A stretch of 64,000 bases of DNA from Lachnospiraceae bacterium (GTDB lineage: Bacteria > Bacillota > Clostridia > Lachnospirales > Lachnospiraceae). Positions 59,841-64,000 of this stretch are shown in pieces (position 1 is the stretch's first letter; each line of letters starts with the position of its first letter). The notes under the pieces are model-generated. The model was not told where the DNA came from. It searched no databases and saw nothing but the letters and a program-made list of their open reading frames with translations. The stretch lies in NCBI GenBank assembly GCA_017461725.1, contig JAFTXG010000006.1:27797-91796 (forward strand), written 5' to 3'. The position numbers were made by a program, and so were the translations under genes.

Positions 59841-61325
59841 TTATACCAGCGGACGCACCGCATGATACAACTGCTTGTAACGTGCATAAACATTCATATA
59901 CTTTCTATGAACTTCCGGTCTCGGATAATAAGTTTCCATTTCCTCCACCATGTGTTCTGCCGCATCGTCCAAATCCCGGAAACACCCGATTGCGATTCCT
60001 GTCAGCATAGCACTTCCCACCGTTCCGGCATCCACCGTTGCAAGTGCTGTGATAGGCATATTCAGTACGTCTGCTTTCATCTGCATCCACACCTTAGACT
60101 TTGCCCCTCCTCCGGTCGCATGCATCTTTTCAAAACAAACACCGGACTCTTTTAGGTAATCCATATTAATCTGCATTTCATAGACCACACCTTCCATACA
60201 AGCGCGGTAAATATCACTCACATTATGTGCAGCTGTCAGTCCCACGATTGCTCCTTTGGAACCGGTATCCATGTATGGCGTGGCGGCTCCTGCAAAATGA
60301 GGAAGCACCAATATCCCGGTAGGCTCTGTTTCCTCTCTCTCTAACAGCAAATTAACTGAAACGCCTTTTTCCGCTGCAATTTCCTTTTCCTTTTTCGCTA
60401 AAGTATCCACACACCATTGAATCAACGCGCCGCCGGTATACGAAAACGCATAAGCGATATACTTTCCGGGAATCACATACGGAACCACGGCATAATTCCC
60501 TTCGCGCATCACCTTCAGATCAGGAAGTTCATCATAAATTGGAATTACACACTCTACCGTTCCGGCACCTTCCGCAGCTTTATCCGAAGTAAATACCCCC
60601 GCTCCTACGGTAGCAGATAACTGGTCATGACTGACAGACACGATCTGCGTGCCCTTCGATAACCCGGTCTTTTTTGCAATCCTCTCTAAAATAGTTCCGG
60701 CAGAAGTTCCGGTGGGAACTGTTTCAGACATTAGGGACATATCTATATCCGCCAATTTAAAAATTTCTCCACTCCACTTCAAAGAAGAAATATCAAATGC
60801 CATGGTACGAGCAGCCAAAGAATAGTCTACCTGAGCCGTTCCGGTCAAATGAAACACCACAAAATCTTCCATCAAAAAAATGTGCCTTGCCTGCCTGTAG
60901 ATTTCCGGACGATGCTTTTTGATCCACATCATTTTGGAAATACTGTACATCTCGTGAGGCTTCACACCGGTAATGGAGGTCAAGGTCAAACTGTCCATGT
61001 TATGCAGCAACTGCTCACATTCCTCTTTCCCCCTCGGATCTGTATACAGCATGACAGGATGCAGGGGGATCCCCTGCTCATCCGTCATGACAAAACTTTC
61101 TCCAAAGCTGGTTACTCCTATTCCTTCAATGTCCGGGTATTTTGCGGCCATCTCCCGGATTACCAACATTACTTTCTCAAGAATCGCCTGAGCATCTACT
61201 TCATGCTCGCTATGCCCTCTTTTTACCGGGTAGTCCTGATATGCTCTGTCCAGGTATTTTCCGGAAACATCAAACACACTCAGCTTGCAGCCGGTAGTTC
61301 CAATATCAAGTCCTGCGATCTTCAT
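59841..61325 (-). CDS. FGGY-family carbohydrate kinase (fuculokinase/xylulokinase-like)
   Basis: GLDIGTTGCK N-terminal ATPase motif and FGGY C-terminal domain. Confidence 0.85.
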   Translation of the reverse strand: MKIAGLDIGTTGCKLSVFDVSGKYLDRAYQDYPVKRGHSEHEVDAQAILEKVMLVIREMAAKYPDIEGIGVTSFGESFVMTDEQGIPLHPVMLYTDPRGKEECEQLLHNMDSLTLTSITGVKPHEMYSISKMMWIKKHRPEIYRQARHIFLMEDFVVFHLTGTAQVDYSLAARTMAFDISSLKWSGEIFKLADIDMSLMSETVPTGTSAGTILERIAKKTGLSKGTQIVSVSHDQLSATVGAGVFTSDKAAEGAGTVECVIPIYDELPDLKVMREGNYAVVPYVIPGKYIAYAFSYTGGALIQWCVDTLAKKEKEIAAEKGVSVNLLLEREETEPTGILVLPHFAGAATPYMDTGSKGAIVGLTAAHNVSDIYRACMEGVVYEMQINMDYLKESGVCFEKMHATGGGAKSKVWMQMKADVLNMPITALATVDAGTVGSAMLTGIAIGCFRDLDDAAEHMVEEMETYYPRPEVHRKYMNVYARYKQLYHAVRPLV

Positions 61326-61347
61326 TATCCATCATCCCTTATACTTC

Positions 61348-62748
61348 TTAATCAATATCTACCCAGTCGTAACCCAAATAAGTAACAAGCGCCTCCTTTA
61401 AAATCTCTTTCATATGCCCTACCCCAACGGAAGTATGATGTTTAAATCCGCCTCTTGCCAGTTTGATCAGCTTGTTCTGCAGATCAGGGATCTCGCATAC
61501 ACCACCGCATCCGAAGAAACCTTCCTCGATCGGGTCCTCCGTAAACTGTGCTTCGCTGGCATATACAATGATTTTCCCATCTTTTGTCTGGCAGTTTGAG
61601 ATTGTAGTCGGGAAAGCCTTAATTCTGCCCTCATTACACCCCCAGCCGGAACCTGGGTCATTCTTAGCAAACATCTTATGCTCGGTAACGGTTCCCTTCC
61701 CGGTCATCAACTTCTGGGCTACCGGTCCGCAATGGAACAGAATCACTTTGTTTTCATCATCACCATAATTATTGTTCCAATCCAGAACAGCAGTCGGCGC
61801 TTCACTGGCCAGATTCATCGCACGCATAGTGAGTGCGGAACACATATCAATTTCACAGGAAGCCACAATGCCTCTGTCATTTAATTCACTTAATAATACA
61901 CATGGACATACACGCAGATAAGTTTCCATTTCATTCCAGCAACGAAGAGTCAATGCATCCAAGTGATATTCTTCTATGTACTCATCCAGCACAACAGATA
62001 TCTTGGCCAACATAACCTTGTTGGCTTCCGGCACTCTTGTAAAATCGGTATAATTCTCTAAGACTTTGATTTTATCCACAACCACTTCGTCACAATCTGC
62101 CTTTTTTGAAACTTTGTACATTAACTCAGAGAGATCAAAACTCTCCACATTAATGCCATACTTCTGTAAAGTAATTTCATCAAAACGGACGGTCTTAAAC
62201 GCAGTAGTCCTTGCACCGATACAGCCCACATTAAATCGCTTCATTCCATTTACCACACGGCAGATTGCGGCAAAATCCTTTAAGTTCTGCGCAAACGCCG
62301 CTGACAGCGGATGTACCACATGAGGCTTCATCACCGTAAAAGGTACATTATACTGAGTAAATACATCCGTTACGGAGAACTTTCCGCAATATGCATCTCG
62401 CCTATGCGCAAAGTCCATTTTCCCAATCTCATCCGGATATGCCTGCATCAAAATAGGTACGCCTGCATCCTGGAGTGCTGTAATCGCACCGTTTTCGTCT
62501 GCAAAAATCGGCATCGAAAAAATAACTCCGTCATACTGTCCGTCATGCTCTTTTAACCACTTTGCATATAGAAGCCCTTCATCTCTGGTCTCTATGCCGC
62601 CATATCTGGTCAACTCCGCATCCATGGCAATATAGTCATATCCGGCATCTGTAACCGCCTTAATCATATCCTCTCTCGCACCGTAAATCAGTTCTCCCGG
62701 CATAAAACCACGATTACAGAACGCCAAAGCAAATGTCATTTTCTTCAT
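61348..62748 (-). CDS. L-fucose isomerase-like / L-arabinose isomerase family protein
   Basis: FucI-family sequence in N- and C-terminal domains; start at MKKMTF with an RBS. Confidence 0.7.
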   Translation of the reverse strand: MKKMTFALAFCNRGFMPGELIYGAREDMIKAVTDAGYDYIAMDAELTRYGGIETRDEGLLYAKWLKEHDGQYDGVIFSMPIFADENGAITALQDAGVPILMQAYPDEIGKMDFAHRRDAYCGKFSVTDVFTQYNVPFTVMKPHVVHPLSAAFAQNLKDFAAICRVVNGMKRFNVGCIGARTTAFKTVRFDEITLQKYGINVESFDLSELMYKVSKKADCDEVVVDKIKVLENYTDFTRVPEANKVMLAKISVVLDEYIEEYHLDALTLRCWNEMETYLRVCPCVLLSELNDRGIVASCEIDMCSALTMRAMNLASEAPTAVLDWNNNYGDDENKVILFHCGPVAQKLMTGKGTVTEHKMFAKNDPGSGWGCNEGRIKAFPTTISNCQTKDGKIIVYASEAQFTEDPIEEGFFGCGGVCEIPDLQNKLIKLARGGFKHHTSVGVGHMKEILKEALVTYLGYDWVDID

Positions 62749-62770
62749 CCCTTTTCTCTCCTCTTTCCGA

Positions 62771-63994
62771 TTATTCAAAAATATACGTTGCGATGGAATG
62801 GCCTTGCGCAACCGTTTCCACCAATTCTCCGTTAATGCTAAAGCAGAATGGAATATCATTGTCGGTCCGATTCAATACCACCGAAACAATATCCCCATTG
62901 GGATTCTTAAAGGAAACTGTCTCCAAATCACCTGTCCACTTACTGCTTCCGATCCGCTTAGCACCCTTTTTGATATACTTGCTGAAATGGCCGATATAAT
63001 AATAGGATTCGTGTAAATACACTTTGTCCGTTTCCGTATCAGCCATAATCGGAGCATCACAGAAATTTCCCACATGATTGGGTCCTCCCTGATCATTGAG
63101 CAGCAAATTCCAGTCACAGAACATGGTACAATAGTGATTAAAATTACCGATCATATCATGTGCATACGTTTCGCCAATGCGATAGGTATCCTCTTGTCCT
63201 CTGCTGTACTCATAACATCCTTCGGTAAACACCAATTTCTTACCCGGATATAAATCGTTGAACATCTCAAGCTGCTCAAAATGATCTCCGCTGTACCAGT
63301 GAAAGGCAATTCCATCAACATATTCTCTCACTGTCTCATCGCCAAGCATAACCCTGGCCCGCTCTATGATCCGCTCCTTGTTATGGTCCCAGAATAAAAC
63401 TTTCACTCCCAGATCATTCATCTTCCTGCCAAGATAATTTCTGACAAATTCCATTTCTTCTTCTGCAGTATAGATACAGGAATCCCATTTCTGAACAGCT
63501 TTCGGCTCATTCTGAACCGTAATCCCCCAAATATTGATTCCCTCTTTTCGATATGCCTCAATAAATTTTACATAGTATTGTGACCAAAGTTCTCGATACT
63601 CATCTTTCAGCTTACCGCCTCGATTCATCTCTCCGCTGGTTTTCATGTACGCTGGCGGACTCCAGGGTGACATAATGATTTGAAGCTCCCCGTACTTCAT
63701 GGCCTCATGAATCATTGGAATCACAGCCCTTTTATCTCGATCAATCTGAAAACTCTCCAGTGTCTGATCATTTTCCTCAACACAGGTATAGTTGCCTTCA
63801 GAAAAATCACAACTATTCATATGGACACGCCCCACATTGTATCCCAGTCCATCCGTCTCACTGAAATATAGCCTAAGAATTTCATCTCTGTTTTTCTTGC
63901 TGAGTTTATTTAAGGTCACAGCCGCCGCCTCAGTAAATGCACCGCCAAATCCCTCTATTTCCTGATACTCCAGCTCCGGAACAAGACAGAGCAA
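62771..63994 (-). CDS. glycoside hydrolase family 30 protein (partial, N-terminus beyond window end)
   Basis: GH30 (glucosylceramidase-like) sequence features, including a catalytic acid/base-type NEP motif (VQNEPKA); ORF runs off the window. Confidence 0.7.
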   Translation of the reverse strand: MLCLVPELEYQEIEGFGGAFTEAAAVTLNKLSKKNRDEILRLYFSETDGLGYNVGRVHMNSCDFSEGNYTCVEENDQTLESFQIDRDKRAVIPMIHEAMKYGELQIIMSPWSPPAYMKTSGEMNRGGKLKDEYRELWSQYYVKFIEAYRKEGINIWGITVQNEPKAVQKWDSCIYTAEEEMEFVRNYLGRKMNDLGVKVLFWDHNKERIIERARVMLGDETVREYVDGIAFHWYSGDHFEQLEMFNDLYPGKKLVFTEGCYEYSRGQEDTYRIGETYAHDMIGNFNHYCTMFCDWNLLLNDQGGPNHVGNFCDAPIMADTETDKVYLHESYYYIGHFSKYIKKGAKRIGSSKWTGDLETVSFKNPNGDIVSVVLNRTDNDIPFCFSINGELVETVAQGHSIATYIFE

Positions 63995-64000
63995 TTCATG

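Noticed and set aside
1-64000. CRISPR arrays, tRNA or rRNA genes
   Set aside because: No regularly spaced short repeats, tRNA-like cloverleaf candidates or rRNA-like segments were found on either strand.

Overview
This is a chromosomal segment of a moderately GC-rich Firmicutes/Clostridia-type anaerobe, and almost every gene is on the minus strand. From the low-coordinate end it holds the following:

- **liv operon (7-5484):** a complete branched-chain amino acid ABC transporter, livJ-H-M-G-F, followed by a histidine phosphatase gene.
- **HelD-like helicase (5779-9009):** an unusually long helicase with a roughly 370-aa C-terminal extension.
- **Small accessory genes (9488-13419):** an ANT-type aminoglycoside nucleotidyltransferase, a HAD hydrolase, a GNAT acetyltransferase, and two tandem paralogous HTH-membrane regulators.
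- **DeoR-controlled sugar locus (13780-20643):** a TIM-barrel isomerase, two permeases, a solute-binding protein and a metallophosphoesterase-TIM-barrel fusion. No ATPase is encoded.
- **BlaI/BlaR1 module (20723-23987):** repressor, M56 sensor-protease, a DUF4825-like lipoprotein and a polytopic membrane protein.
- **Miscellaneous genes (24182-29798):** MmcQ/YjbR, an MraY/WecA-like transferase, a NUDIX hydrolase, an Rpn nuclease/transposase, and HAD and HTH proteins.
- **Candidate defence island (29880-35109):** about 5 kb of markedly AT-rich DNA. It encodes a DUF4062 (TIR-like) protein, an SPFH/band-7 protein with a DUF4339 C-terminus, two paralogous double-zinc-ribbon membrane proteins and a small HTH regulator. 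This is the most likely undescribed conflict/defence system in the window.
- **Purine biosynthesis genes (35276-46504):** purL, an inserted hypothetical gene, purD, a palindromic repeat element, an AICAR-transformylase-only purH, an archaeal-type IMP cyclohydrolase, an SGNH hydrolase, purN, purM and purE. A candidate ZTP (pfl) riboswitch sits in the purE leader.
- **Pyrimidine operon (46827-52637):** pyrC-K-D-F-E-B-I.
- **Remaining genes (52864-63994):** folA, thyA, a second Rpn gene, serC, an HTH-dCMP-deaminase fusion, and a fucose-like sugar catabolic cluster (aldose epimerase, class II aldolase, FGGY kinase, FucI-like isomerase, partial GH30).

No rRNA, tRNA or CRISPR arrays were seen.
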